A DNA stretch of 64,000 nucleotides from NCBI GenBank assembly GCA_964016885.1, contig OZ024761.1, positions 30,876,001 through 30,940,000 of the forward strand. Direction: 5' to 3'. Position 1 is the first letter of the stretch, and the number at the start of each line of letters is the position of its first letter. Below are positions 1-12,046 of this stretch, piece by piece. The stretch comes from Eledone cirrhosa (taxonomy: Eukaryota). Under the pieces are notes generated by a model. The model was not told the DNA's origin and made no database searches. It worked only from the letters and a program-made list of their open reading frames with translations. The position numbers were made by a program, and so were the translations under genes.

Positions 1-129
1 ACTTTGAAATGACGTTCAACTCCGACACTGTCATTGAGCTGTGTACCGAGAACACAAATTTACCTACTATTACTTATGATTTTAAACCCTTGAAAGATTT
101 AGGGAATTTGGAAGCTAATGCTATCATTG
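1..129 (+). CDS. RPA1: RPA1 (replication protein A 70 kDa subunit) internal exon, truncated by the window edge
   Basis: FEMTFNSDTVIELC...YDFKPL...AII matches the RPA70 DBD-A/B junction; gtaag donor at 130. Confidence 0.9.
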
Positions 130-227
130 GTAAGTATAACCATTGTCCTTTTTATTCCTTTTTTTACTACCTGGTATTTTTGAGGGCTCAGATATTTCTC
201 CCTGTAAAAGTTGAGGTAGATAAAATA

Positions 228-532
228 CATGGGTTGGCTGAAAAGTTCATAGGCTGACCAATGGAATGATCAGATGAGGTTTATTTTTCAACATAGTCCT
301 TCGAAAGAAACAATGCAGTTATTAATAAGCAGAGTTGAAATTAATGCATGCAAGATTTCACACAATTCTAGCATGACTCTTTCATAGGCTGACCAAGATA
401 CTCTCACATAGTCCCTGGAAAAAAACAATGCAGTTATTAATAAGCAGAGTTGAAATTAATGCATGTAAGATTTCACAATTCTAGCAATCATTTCTTCATG
501 GTCAGCCTATGAACTTTTCAGCCCACCCTCAC
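228..532. mobile_element. Tc1/mariner-type MITE
   Basis: Inverted ends gggttggctgaaaagttcataggctgacca / tggtcagcctatgaacttttcagcccaccc; internal duplication. Confidence 0.7.
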
Positions 533-664
533 ATATTCTGGTGATAAATTGAGATTGGGTTTGGTGTATGCCAAGGACATGACAATTTCCCTAGTGTTAG
601 TGCCATGATAAAAATGATCATATGTCAAGCCCCCTGACTACCTGGAGTTCAGAGGCTTCGCTTA

Positions 665-1120
665 AATATTGGCCAATCTGTGATGACATGTCCAACCCTT
701 GTTGACAGGGAAAATGGATGCTAAGTGGTGACGATGATGATATAGCTAAAAGCTTTGGTTGAATACTGGCCAATCTGCAGTGTGTGCTAACATGTCCAAC
801 CTTTGTTAGCAGGGAAAATGGATGCTAAGTGATGACAATGATGATGATGTAGCTAAAAGATTTGGTTGAATACTGGCCAGTCTGTAGTCCGTGATAACAT
901 GTCCAACCTTTGCTAGCAGGGAAAATGGATGCTAAGTGGTGACAATGATGATGTAGCTAAAGTTTTTGATTGAATATTGGCCAATCTGTGAAAACAGATG
1001 TTAAGTGATGACAATGATGATGATGATATTGCTAAAGGCTTCACTTGAATACCAGTCACTTTATAAGGATAAGTCCAACCTTTGCTAGCAAGGAAAATGA
1101 ATGGTAAATGATGGTAATGT
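665..1120 (+). repeat. Degenerate ~100-bp tandem repeat of a SINE/RTE 3' tail
   Basis: Repeated catgtccaacc...ggaaaatggatgctaagt..gatgatga. Confidence 0.65.
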
Positions 1121-1185
1121 AGAGATATAAAAATATGACAGAGTATGAATATCTTATGTTGAAAACATTTTTGTGTGATTTACAG

Positions 1186-1325
1186 ATGTGATTGGAGTTG
1201 TTACTAACACCAGCGATATCAGTACTGTGGTTGGACGACAGAGTAATAAGGAATTCTCCAAACGGGAACTACAACTTGCTGACCAATCAGGGATGTCAGT
1301 TCGACTGACAATCTGGGGAAGTGAG
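1186..1325 (+). CDS. RPA1: RPA1 exon (DBD-B)
   Basis: tacag acceptor, gtagg donor; DVIGVV...KEFSKRELQLADQSGMSVRLTIWGSE; phases consistent. Confidence 0.95.
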
Positions 1326-1538
1326 GTAGGTTCTAGCTTAGACCTCTATCTGTGTGTGTGTATATGTGCATATATATTGCTATACTTTGGGAGGGTCATG
1401 CTGCTAATAAAAACACACGCACCTGTTGGTTTTGGTGTGTGTTTTTATTGGCAGCATGACACTCCCAAAGTATAACCATATCTGTTTCAACACACGTTTT
1501 CAGATAAGAAATCTCGCAAAACAAATTTTGTATATATA

Positions 1539-1612
1539 TTGGGCTGTCAAGTATGAAATTTGTAGAAATTTGTCTTTTTTTTTTTCTACAAATTTCATAC
1601 TTGACGACATAA
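1539..1612. mobile_element. Small MADE1-like mariner MITE (second copy at 62325-62386)
   Basis: gtcaagtatgaaatttgtagaaa / tttctacaaatttcatacttgac inverted arms with TA flanks. Confidence 0.7.
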
Positions 1613-1624
1613 TATATATGTATA

Positions 1625-3135
1625 CTAGCATAATGGAACCCTGCGCGAACACACGCACACATGTTAATTACTTATAGCTTTCCTTCCCCTCTTCCAGCAT
1701 CTCTCTCTCTCTCCCGCTATCCCCCTCTTTTAGTCTGTCTGTTTCTTTCACTCTCACTCTTTCTCTTTATAACTCACTCACATTAATACTAAAGGATTAA
1801 GGTATTGTTCTCAAAATAAATAATATTAAATCTATGAGATTTTTATATTATGTGAGATAAAGCCTTTACCATGAAAATAATATAGTATATATATAGAGTA
1901 ATATAAATGCTAAAGGGTTAATTCCATCAGACCATGTGATAGTTTATAATCACTCGTGCATGCAAACGCACGCAAACTCACACACACGCAATATTTATTC
2001 CACTGTCATGTATCTTTGACGCATACAACTCTCAAAAGATGGCGTCTGTCACTCTCTCTCCCGCTATCCCCCTCTTTTAGTCTGTCTGTTTCTTTCACTC
2101 TCACTCTTTCTCTCTGTAACTCGTTCACATTTCTCCCCTCTATCGAAAAATGCTGTGACGAATGAGGAGGAGGAGGAGTAGAGAGCCACTTCTTCACTTC
2201 GCCTCTCCGTTTCTTTCTCTCCCCTCTCACTCCCTCATTATGTACAGACATTGGCCACTTCACTAATTTGACCCCTAGGTCAGAATAATTTGAAATTTTT
2301 TTTGGCTCAAAACATTTCCGGCGCCATGCGGGTTACATGTGTAAAGTTTGAAAAAAAACGGTTGGGTACTTCTCGAGTTTTAGGGAAACAGACACACAGA
2401 CATCCTCTGTTTTATATATATAGACTAGCAGAATGGCCCGGCGTTGTTTGGGATTTACTCTAGGGTTCTTATATATTTGATATATAATTATTCTTATCGA
2501 GCCTCGTGAAATAAATACGTTTGTTTATATTTTGTTATTGTGTATGCAAAAATATCTGTACACGAATATATAATTATATATATATATATTAAAATAACAG
2601 ATTAAAGTTTAAGCAAAGAATCACTGCTTTCACACTTAACGGGATCTTCTTAAACTAAAAAAAATCAATCTGGAACGCAGAAAATGAATCGCTGCTTTCA
2701 CCCTTAACGGGATCTTCTGAAACTAAAAAAATCAATCTGTGAACGCAGAAGTAAATATTTCAAAAAACGTTGCAACCGAAGGAAAACAGGAAGACAATAC
2801 TTTGGTTCGTGAAGACATTCCCTGGCATAAGAATATATACACACACACACACACTGATCGCGTCATAATGTTGTAATGCAGACAGCCAGGCATACAGGCA
2901 GATATTATGAAGGTGCGACGTCATATCTATGTATCTATCTAAAAAGAGAAAGAGATCGCTAAATCGCCTAATACGGTGCCTAGGGCATTGAAAATTTGAA
3001 TTTTTTTTTTGCTCAAAACACTTCCGGGTCCATACGGGTTACATGTGTAAAGTTTGAAAAAAAACAGTTGGGTACTTCTCGAGTTTTAGGGAAACAAACA
3101 CACAGACAGACATCCTCTGTTTTATATATATAGAT
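1625..3135 (+). mobile_element. Two tandem Helentron/DINE-like non-autonomous elements (about 1625-2424 and 2425-3135)
   Basis: Both begin ctagca and share a ~130-bp 3' end finishing acagacatcctctgttttatatatataga. Confidence 0.5.
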
Positions 3136-3264
3136 TATGTATATTATATATCTGTCTCTGTTTCCTTCTCTTTCTCATTCTCTCTCACTACTACACTTCT
3201 TACTTTCAGCCAAACTATATCTCTGTCAAATTCAGATCTTGTTTTCCAACACAAGAATCCATTA

Positions 3265-3450
3265 CACCACCATCACTAGCACCATCACCATCACCACCAT
3301 CAACATCACCACTACCACCATCAACATCACCACTACCACCACCATCAACATCACCACTACCACCACCATCACCATCACCACCATCACCATCACCACTACC
3401 ACCATCAACACCACCACTACCACCACCATCAACATCACCACAACCATCAT
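3265..3450. repeat. (CAC/CAT)n trinucleotide repeat
   Basis: Seen directly. Confidence 0.9.
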
Positions 3451-3477
3451 TTATTATTTTATGTTTTTTCTTTCCAG

Positions 3478-3547
3478 GCAGAGCAATTTACAAATAACAA
3501 GAACCCTGTTGTTGCATTTAAGGGAGTCAAGGTATCTGAATGGGGAG
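3478..3547 (+). CDS. RPA1: RPA1 exon
   Basis: ttccag/gtaaa; AEQFTNNKNPVVAFKGVKVSEWG. Confidence 0.93.
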
Positions 3548-5344
3548 GTAAATTCATTATATATTCATAAATTATTCTTGGGGTCCCCCAAAAATAGGTG
3601 TGGATAGATCATGAGGTATATGTTCTAAGTTATGGTTGTATCTATTTCTGAATTAGAATGTCTATCATCACCCAGTCCACACTGTAATGTGGTCGTGTAG
3701 GTGTCACAACAAAAAGCATCCAGCCCACACTAAAGTGGTTGTATAGGTGTCACAACAAAAAGCACCCAGCCCACACTAAAGTGGTTGTATAGGTGTCACA
3801 ACAAAAAGCACCCAGCCCACACTGTAATGTGGTCATGTAGGTGTCACAACAAAAAGCACCCAGCCGACACTAAAGTGGTTGTATAGGTGTCACAACAAAA
3901 AGCACCCAGTACTCTCTGTAAATGAAGTTGGCATTAGGAAGGGCATCCAGCTGTAGAAACCAAGCCGAAATCAGTTCTGTATGAGCAAGACATGGTCACT
4001 TGACCTAGCATTGCTCACAACAGAACAACTTGTCTAACCCATGCCAGCATGGAAAAATGGACGTAAAATGATGATGATGATGACAGTTAAGCTGTAGAGG
4101 ACAGACTATATACTTTATAGAGAAAAAATTTAAATAGTAAAAGGAAGGAAAAACTGTCTTTCATTAGAAATATGGTAAGAAAATGTGGTTGGCATTAGGA
4201 AGGACATCCAACCATAAAAATCTAGCCAGAAACAGTCCTATATGAGCAAAACATGGTCACCTGACCCAACTTACTTCTAATGGGACAAATCGTCTAACCC
4301 ATGCTAACATGGAAAATAGACGTTAAATGATGATAATTATGATTGTACATTGAAAATAATGATTTGTCCTAGAAATCATTATTTTCAACGTACAATCATA
4401 ATTATCATCATTTAACGTCTATTTATAATTATCATCATTTAACGTCTATTTATAATTATCATCATTTAACGTCTATTAACTCCTATTTCGATTTGCTGGC
4501 CACTGCCATCGTGCCACCTATGAGGTTGTGTCCCCATTAGTTCTTTGGAAACCACAAGTAGTCACTAATAACAGGAGGCGCAAGCTCTCCTATCTCGATT
4601 TGCTGGCCACTGCCATCGTGCCACCTATGAGGTTGTGCCCCCATTAGTTCTTTGGAGGTTTAAGTTTAACTATTAGAAAAGATTCTTTGATTTGGAGATT
4701 GCAAGTATTCCTATGCCTTTATGGTAATGAAGAATCCTTGTTGGATAGTTTATCAATATAGACGTGAGGGAAAGTCCCTCGTCTATTTACCATTTTCGTA
4801 AGTGAGAGGATAGGTACTCCATAGAATTGTAACAAGTGAGTGGGTGTGTGTGTAGACAAGATAATAACCACAACGAGAGTTCTATTCAACAATGTAAATA
4901 AGGATGATGTTTATTTTGTCTATTATGTGTTTGTTATATTACAAATGAAACAACATACCAATATAGACGTGATCAGTTGAAATGAAGGCAACGTATTACA
5001 ATTGTCGTGAGTCACCAATGTGACGGGACCAGTAAAGTGAAATCAGTTATGAGCCAGTGCTCGGCCAACACTATCCTTGTGGCTTCAGCATAGGAGTTCA
5101 GTGTATTGACATCTGTGTGATCTCGTGGTCCAAAGGCTGTCTGCTGTTTCGTGGTGCAAAGGCCATCTGCTGTTTGCTATCTCTGTGGCTTGTCTGAGAA
5201 AGTAATACTGTTGCTTACTTAGTGTTCTCAACCAGGGGGAGACAACTAGGCCTGGTCCATTATCCGACAGGGAGGGCGTAAGGCGTCTTACTACACCTTT
5301 TTTAAAAATATATTTCTGTTCTTTTTTTTTTCTCTTCACTTTAG

Positions 5345-5491
5345 GTCGATCCCTGTCTTTATTATCCACTGGACAAATGCTTCTCAACCCCGACATTAGA
5401 GAAGCTCACTTCCTTCGAGGCTGGTATGATCGCGATGGTTGTTCTATGGAATTTAACACATTTCAGGGTGACAAAAGTCTCTCTAATGGAG
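5345..5491 (+). CDS. RPA1: RPA1 exon
   Basis: ttag/gtaat; GRSLSLLSTGQMLLNPDIREAHFLRGWYD. Confidence 0.95.
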
Positions 5492-5627
5492 GTAATGTCA
5501 GATCTCTCTCTCTCTACTGTATATTGCTAGATATATACACCATATTTCTTATACACACTGATTAATTATATATATATATATATATATGCACTAAAACCAC
5601 AGTGGCCTCCAGTGATCAATTGATCAG

Positions 5628-5663
<36 letters not shown>

Positions 5664-5853
5664 TGTGTGTGTGTATATATGTAGATGAGTAAAGAATAAC
5701 ATGGATCGGCTCTACAATTAGGGCTCTAGGGTTTATTCAAAGTAATAACGAATGTTTCGTTAGTCTGGTGTGTCTAAAAACCACTGTTCTTAAAATGGTA
5801 CGTCACTTGATTTTAATTACAATTGATACCAGATCTTTATATATATATATGTC

Positions 5854-5954
<101 letters not shown>

Positions 5955-6361
5955 CTTTTACTGTTTCGATAGTGATTCATTACTTTTGAAATTGTAAAAG
6001 CTTAACCATCAAGCAGACCAATCTACTTTTATAGTAGAGTTGGGCTGAGAGGACCCTTCAGTTGTGTCAAAGACATGACAGCCTCCTCAGTGTTGAGGAT
6101 CTATACGATAAACACACCCAATACAAGCTGTAGGGTGGTTGGTGATAGGAAGAGCATCCAGCCAAAGAAAGCTTGCTAAGCAAAGGGTTGAGAGGACCCT
6201 TCAGTTCTATCAAAGACGGGGCAACCTTTTTTTCTGCACTCCACCCATCGAATGTAAGACCAGATATAAGTGTGTTAGACACACTGCCTTGGCCTGTCTG
6301 GGAGTTGAACTTGGGAACATCATGTTGGGTTCATGAGCAAAACACTTGATTTCACATTGCA

Positions 6362-6810
6362 CATCATCATCATCATCATCACCGTTTTACGTCCGTTCTT
6401 CCACGCTAGCATGGATTAGACGAGTTGTCCTGTTGTGGGCAGTGTCCGGTCGGCTGACCTTGTCTTGCTCATACGAGAACTGACTCTAGCTTGATTTCTA
6501 CAGCTGGATGCCCTTCCTAACACCAACCTCATTTATAGTGAGTGTTGGGTGCTTTTTTTCCGTAGCGCCTCCACGTCCACTTTACAGTGTGGGCTGGGTG
6601 CCCCCCTGCTGTGGCACCTCCAAGACCACTTTGCAGTGGAATGATAGGGACCCCAGTCCCTAGCATCTCATTTCTACAGCTGAGTAAACTGGAGCAATGT
6701 GAAATAAAGTGTCTTGCTCGAGGAAACAACACATCACCTGGTCTGAGAATTGAACTCACAATCTTTTGATTGCAAGTCCAATGCTCTAACCACTAAGCCA
6801 TGTGCTTTCA
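6362..6810 (-). mobile_element. tRNA-derived SINE with RTE-like (ATG)n tail; related copies at 32771-33100 (+), 3670-4083, 18895-19160, 28280-28490 and 60146-60410
   Basis: A box tggcttagtgg, B box gagttcaattc, gagcaagacactt core, tail catgctagcgtggaa...gatgatg. Confidence 0.75.
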
Positions 6811-7019
6811 CTATATCATCATATATCAGCTAAAAATCAGTACCAGATCTAGTTGTGGGTTAACCCTACAACGGACAGGCATCCTGTGGGGTACTCTCAG
6901 CCACTTAACGCCGAGCAAACCCGGATCAGCACTGGCCTAAAGAGTCTGAGGGGTTGTGATAGGGGTAATTATGTTTCCAGTTATATATATATTGACTTCT
7001 ATTTTTTTGTTTTCATTAG

Positions 7020-7138
7020 GTTCTGACTGGAAGAGACTTGACCAAGTTAGATCTGAGGAGTTAGGGTCTTCGAAACCTAGTTACTTCACCACAAAAGGAA
7101 CTCTGTCTTATGTAAAGAAGGCAAATTGTATGTACATG
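7020..7138 (+). CDS. RPA1: RPA1 exon (start of DBD-C)
   Basis: ttag/gtaag; SDWKRLDQVRSEELGSSKPSYFTTKGTLSYVKKANCMYM. Confidence 0.93.
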
Positions 7139-7395
7139 GTAAGTGTTACTCCATACTCCATACACTAATTCTTACCATATACATGGTAAGAATTACTTTG
7201 TACAATATATAATAATTCTAATTCACCATGTACATGGTAAGAATTACTTTGAACAATATATAGTATTTCTATCTCACCATGTACATGGTAAGAATTACTC
7301 CAAACAATATATAGTAATTCTAACTCACTATGTACATAAGTATTAGTACTATATAGTATTTTTAACTCACCATGTACATGGTAAGTATTAGTACT
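7128..7395 (+). repeat. ~47-51-bp minisatellite containing copies of an RPA1 splice donor
   Basis: tacatg|gtaag at 7139, 7186, 7237, 7288 and 7381. Confidence 0.85.
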
Positions 7396-8090
7396 CTATA
7401 GTGTAGTGTGGACAGAGATTCATGGAGAGCATCAAAACAGGCAAAGCAGCGCAAATTTTCCAGCCAAAACGAAGATGGCGGAGGCAGTCGGTGGAAAGAG
7501 AGAGAGAAAAAGTATTAGTACTCTATAGTGTAGTATGGATAGAAATGTAGAGCGGCTGTGAGACATTGCCTGGTGTTGCCTACTTCGGAGTCCAGGACAA
7601 CTGCGGCACCCTAAAGACCAAAACTGGATATGGATGGAGTATTTCTAATTCACCATGTTTTTAATAAATGCACCATATTACAGTGTTTGGTATAAAGCAA
7701 TGCTACTGTGTGATATAGTGCAGTGTAGTATAGTGTAGTAGTACTAGTGTGCTATAAAGCACTTCTTATCCTATCCTAAACCAGTAACTCCTGATGGAGT
7801 GGTAGGGGTGCCTTAGTGACATACAGCATTTCCTGGGCATCTTAAACCTCTCTAAGTCTGAACACAGCTTATTTCTTCCAGATGAGAAGAAAGGGAGAGT
7901 GAAAGAGATATCGAGGAAGAATTGACTGCAGTGTGTGACAAGGCTGGTCTTTTGAACTAACAAATACAACTCATATTTGCCAGCTGAGTGGACTGAGGCA
8001 ACATGAAATAAAGTGTCTTGTTCAATGACACAGTATACCACCAGGAAATCAAACACAACCTTATGATCATAAGCTGAATAACTCCTAAGC

Positions 8091-8379
8091 TAGGGATCTG
8101 AAACTCAAGGGCTCAAAAGGGCCATTACATCGTAGGGAAGAGGCACAGCGGGCCAAAAGTGAGACGAGAGTAGAGGGGTGATTTCCACCAGTTATATTGC
8201 TAATCTGCAATTCAGCAGAAAAACTTATTTATTAATTTTTTTTTTTTTTAATTAAAATGAATACATATGTATGTGATAGGAAGTGGGATATGTGAATTAG
8301 TGCAAAATATAGGGCGACGCATTTTCCTTAATTAGTTCTGAAAATTATTCTGCCGTGGGCCACATGCTCGAGACGCCTG
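8091..8379. mobile_element. hAT-like MITE
   Basis: Ends tagggatctgaaact...gggcc / gggccaca...cgagacgcctg. Confidence 0.45.
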
Positions 8380-8950
8380 CCTTAACCCTTTAGCACTTAA
8401 ATTGGCTGTATCCGGGCAAAATTCTCTCACCTCTTTCTATTTGTTCAAACCGACTGTAACCGGCTGCTCATACTGATGTTAAGGTATTGATCTCAAAATA
8501 AATGAAATCAAAATCTTATAGATTTTATATTATATGAGATATTATGTAAGGTAAAGCCTTTACGATGAAAATACAATAGTAAATATAGAGTGATGTAAAG
8601 GGTTAATCAACACATTATGTTTAGACGGTGTAGTTTTATAAATTTCCAGAAGTGGAGAATATTTTTTATGAAGTTTTAATATTTTGATATCTAAAATGCT
8701 TTATAACAGCGGCCACCAACCATGGCCCGCTGGTGACATAATTTTGTTATACTTAATAGGTGCATTGCATATGAATAAAATGGAAGTTTTCCAATCATTA
8801 TTTTACAAATGTATTTATCTTTTTTTTTAAATTTCATATTAGTGGTCCGCTAAAGGGTTAAGTTATGCACTTTCATGATAAAATAAGTAATGTAATGTCA
8901 ATATGTTCTTCAAGAAGAAGCTTGATGTTGTTATTATTTTGTTTTGTTAG

Positions 8951-9064
8951 GCTTGTCCAACTGAAAATTGTAACAAGAAGCTAATAGACCAAGGCAACGA
9001 TCTTTACCGATGTGAGAAATGTGATCAAGAATTCCCAAACTTTAAATGGCGGTTCATTTTGACG
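8951..9064 (+). CDS. RPA1: RPA1 exon (C4 zinc finger)
   Basis: ttag/gtaag; [38 protein letters not shown]. Confidence 0.96.
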
Positions 9065-9637
9065 GTAAGTTTATATATTATCATTATCGGTAGAGGGTCG
9101 GGCGCCATGCTTTGCAACATAGAGTTATGGCCCTTTGTGATCTGAGTTCAAATCCCGCTGAGGTTAACTTTGCCTTTCATCCTTACGGTGTCGATAAAAT
9201 AAAGCACCGGTAATGTACTGGGATCGATTTAATTGACTTTCCCCTCTCCTTCAAATTACTGGCCTTGTGCCTAAAGTAGAAATAATCATTATCATCATCG
9301 TTTAACGTCCATCTTCCACGCTAGCATGTTCGGTTTTGTTCCATTTGATGCGGGGATTGGTCAGGGGACCGTGTCTCACTCGTTCGGAAGTCTATATTTA
9401 TATAAAAATATTCCATCATAATTTTATATATAAGAAATTTTGTTAAATTATATTCCAAACATCAGCATAATAATGAGAAAGTTATATTACTAAGTCCCTC
9501 CAAATTCTTGATTATTTGAAAGCCATAGGTAGTGACTTTCATAAATATTTTAACAAAAGGGTTAAATATTACAATTTCTTGTTCAGTTTGACTGAAAAGT
9601 TTATGAATTAACAGTCTATTTCCTTCTTATCTATCAG

Positions 9638-9745
9638 ACCAGCGTTTGCGATTATATGGATCAGCTATGGGTTACATGTTTCCAAGAAACTGGTGAAGCT
9701 TTGCTTGGAATCTCGGCTGATGAACTGGGCAAATTACAGAGCACG
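9638..9745 (+). CDS. RPA1: RPA1 exon
   Basis: atcag/gtaag; TSVCDYMDQLWVTCFQETGEALLGISADELG. Confidence 0.95.
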
Positions 9746-10094
9746 GTAAGGCTTATATTTCTCTATTTGCTTCTCTTCTCTTTTCTTCATCATAATTCAG
9801 ATGATGATCATACCACGATAATAAAACACACTCATTACACACCGTTAAATGGTTGGCATTATGAAGAGCATCCAACCATAGAAACCATGTCTTTTTCTTA
9901 AGACAGCATTGGTGGTATGCAGAGGGAGGTTCACTGTATTTACTCGAATATAAACCAAGAAATTGGGAGGTGGGGTTGTTTATATTCAAGGTCAATATTT
10001 TGCCGGTTTTCACCAACTTCAAATTTTATGTAAATAAAGTGCTAAAATATCTGGAGTGATTATTTTACAATGAAACATTGTTTTTCTACATTTA

Positions 10095-10420
10095 CTACAT
10101 TATCTTCTTCTTTAAACACTTAATCTTGGGTGGGTTGTGGAGGAAGAGTCCTCAAACACTCCTTCCAGTGCGATCTGTCAGAAACAACCATCTCCAATTA
10201 ATCTGGCTGGATCCCCAAGTGAGACCAGCCAAGCTCATGGATGTTATCCAACCATCTTTCTTGGGGTCTACTCCTGGGTCTCCTGCCGGTTGGTTTTTTT
10301 CCTGTAAAATCTGTCCACTGATTCTTTCCTGAAACATTCTAACCACATGCCTATAGTATCGGAGCTGTGATCTCTCAATTCAGAGAAATAGCAGCTCTAC
10401 CGACATTACTCCACAGAGTT
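10095..10420 (-). mobile_element. RTE-like LINE 3' fragment (related fragments at about 13280-13510 and 32050-32495)
   Basis: RSQLRYYRHVVRM..ERISGQIL, resembling the RTE ORF C-terminus. Confidence 0.6.
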
Positions 10421-10926
10421 GGTGTTATTTAAGCATTCTCTTGAAAATATTTCCGACAAATTTTTATAATTTGAATTTTTTGATACCTAATATCCCATAC
10501 ACATATACGCATGCTCACGTAGACATACACACCTGCCCACGTACGTTTTTCTCTAAATATAATGTACCCAGTATAAGTATAATGTATTTGTAGTGTGGTG
10601 GATCTTAATGACTCCTGGGGCTTAATACTCCTGTTTGCCCTACAGTACCTGAATGGTAGTTAGTCTTCTTCAAAAACTCATACTTACATGCATACACACA
10701 TTCATACATACATATATATATACATACATTCATACATACACATATAAAGTCTGGGATTAGCCATCGAAAGACCAAGAGTCAACCGTCGTGGGGAGTTTGT
10801 ATCTTGGAGAGGAACTTTTCTGGTGCAAACTCATGGTCAACTCTGACTGATGAGGCCCTCATCTTTCTCCTTTCTTTTCCTCTATTTTCATCCTTTTTTT
10901 TTTTTTGTTTTGTTTATCTTTTTCAG

Positions 10927-11013
10927 GATGAATTTGCATATGGCCAAGTATTCCAGGATGCCGCTTTTAAGTCTTACATTTTCAAATTGAGAGCAAAATT
11001 TGAAACCTACAAT
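10927..11013 (+). CDS. RPA1: RPA1 exon
   Basis: ttcag/gtaag; DEFAYGQVFQDAAFKSYIFKLRAKFETYN. Confidence 0.95.
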
Positions 11014-11048
11014 GTAAGTATTTTATTTCAGGTGTAATTTATAAATCT

Positions 11049-11081
<33 letters not shown>

Positions 11082-11521
11082 GCATGCACCACCTCACCCA
11101 CTACCCTATGAGGTCAAGCTGGCGTATTCATCCAGTGAAGCCTCCAGCCCACACTGTAAAGTGGTCGTGTAGGGGTCATGACAGTCCACACTGTGAAGTT
11201 GGCGCTAGGAAGGACATCCAGCTGTAGAAACCAAGCCAAAATCAGTTCTCTATGAGCAAGATATGGTCACCTAACCTGCCATTGCTCACAACAGAATAAC
11301 TCATCTAACCCATGCCAGCATGGATAAGTGGACATTAAACAGTGATGAACCGTCCATAATTTTATGTAGAACCATTTTGTTAAGTAATTTTCTAAACACT
11401 AATTTAATAATGAAGAGGTTAGATTTATGGGTCTTCTGTTGGCTGGTTTTGCCTTCAGAGTATAAGGAACTCGGAGAAAATTGTTCTGGTTTCTTCTGTT
11501 TGGAATGAAATTTATATTTAA

Positions 11522-11822
11522 ATTCTCAGGAAAATTGGAAAACTCTGCATTTGTAAGCTGTTAGAACAGCAAAATGCAGTCGAAGCGGCATTGGGTAAAA
11601 TATTACCTCGAAGGACAGAAATCACCGGCTAGATGTGAGTTGACTCAAAGGAAGGCGGAAATAGAATGGATGAAAGCAAACAGGTCACAAACATTAAAAT
11701 ATGCTCTTCAGATCTCTTCCTCCTTCTTTCGATTCGTCCTTCAAGGTAATATTTTACCCAACGCCACTTCGACTGTATTTTGCAGTTCCAACAGCTTCCA
11801 TACGCCCAAGTTTCCTGAGAAT
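11522..11822. mobile_element. Fold-back element or MITE in the last RPA1 intron
   Basis: About 60-bp imperfect inverted arms plus outer ttctcaggaaa/tttcctgagaa. Confidence 0.6.
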
Positions 11823-11938
11823 CGTAATACACTCACGTCTCAAAACATGAGTTAATTTGTTTATATTTAAATGTTATAAACTGCTTTCAAGCGTTTTTTA
11901 TTCACAATTTTTAAACTTTTCTTTACTTTGTCTTACAG

Positions 11939-12046
11939 GATGAAAACCGTTTGAAAACTGTATGTGTGAATGTCACCCCAGTTGATTGGAAATCATATGG
12001 TCAACACTTGATCAATGAAATAAATACTTTCGAAAAAAGTCAATAA
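11939..12046 (+). CDS. RPA1: RPA1 last coding exon
   Basis: tacag acceptor; DENRLKTVCVNVTPVDWKSYGQHLINEI...; TAA at 12044-12046. Confidence 0.93.
   Translation, partial: DENRLKTVCVNVTPVDWKSYGQHLINEINTFEKSQ

Noticed and set aside
3137-3607. Thr-rich, mucin-like ORF
   Set aside because: Trinucleotide repeat in an RPA1 intron; the true exon is in another frame
5735-5790. GAAAC-attc-GTT on - (similar case near 58270-58300)
   Set aside because: The 5' catalytic core is absent
10748-10860. CTGATGA downstream of a GAAA and a hairpin (possible permuted hammerhead)
   Set aside because: Stems II and III and an NUH site cannot be formed convincingly; at most a heavily decayed relic
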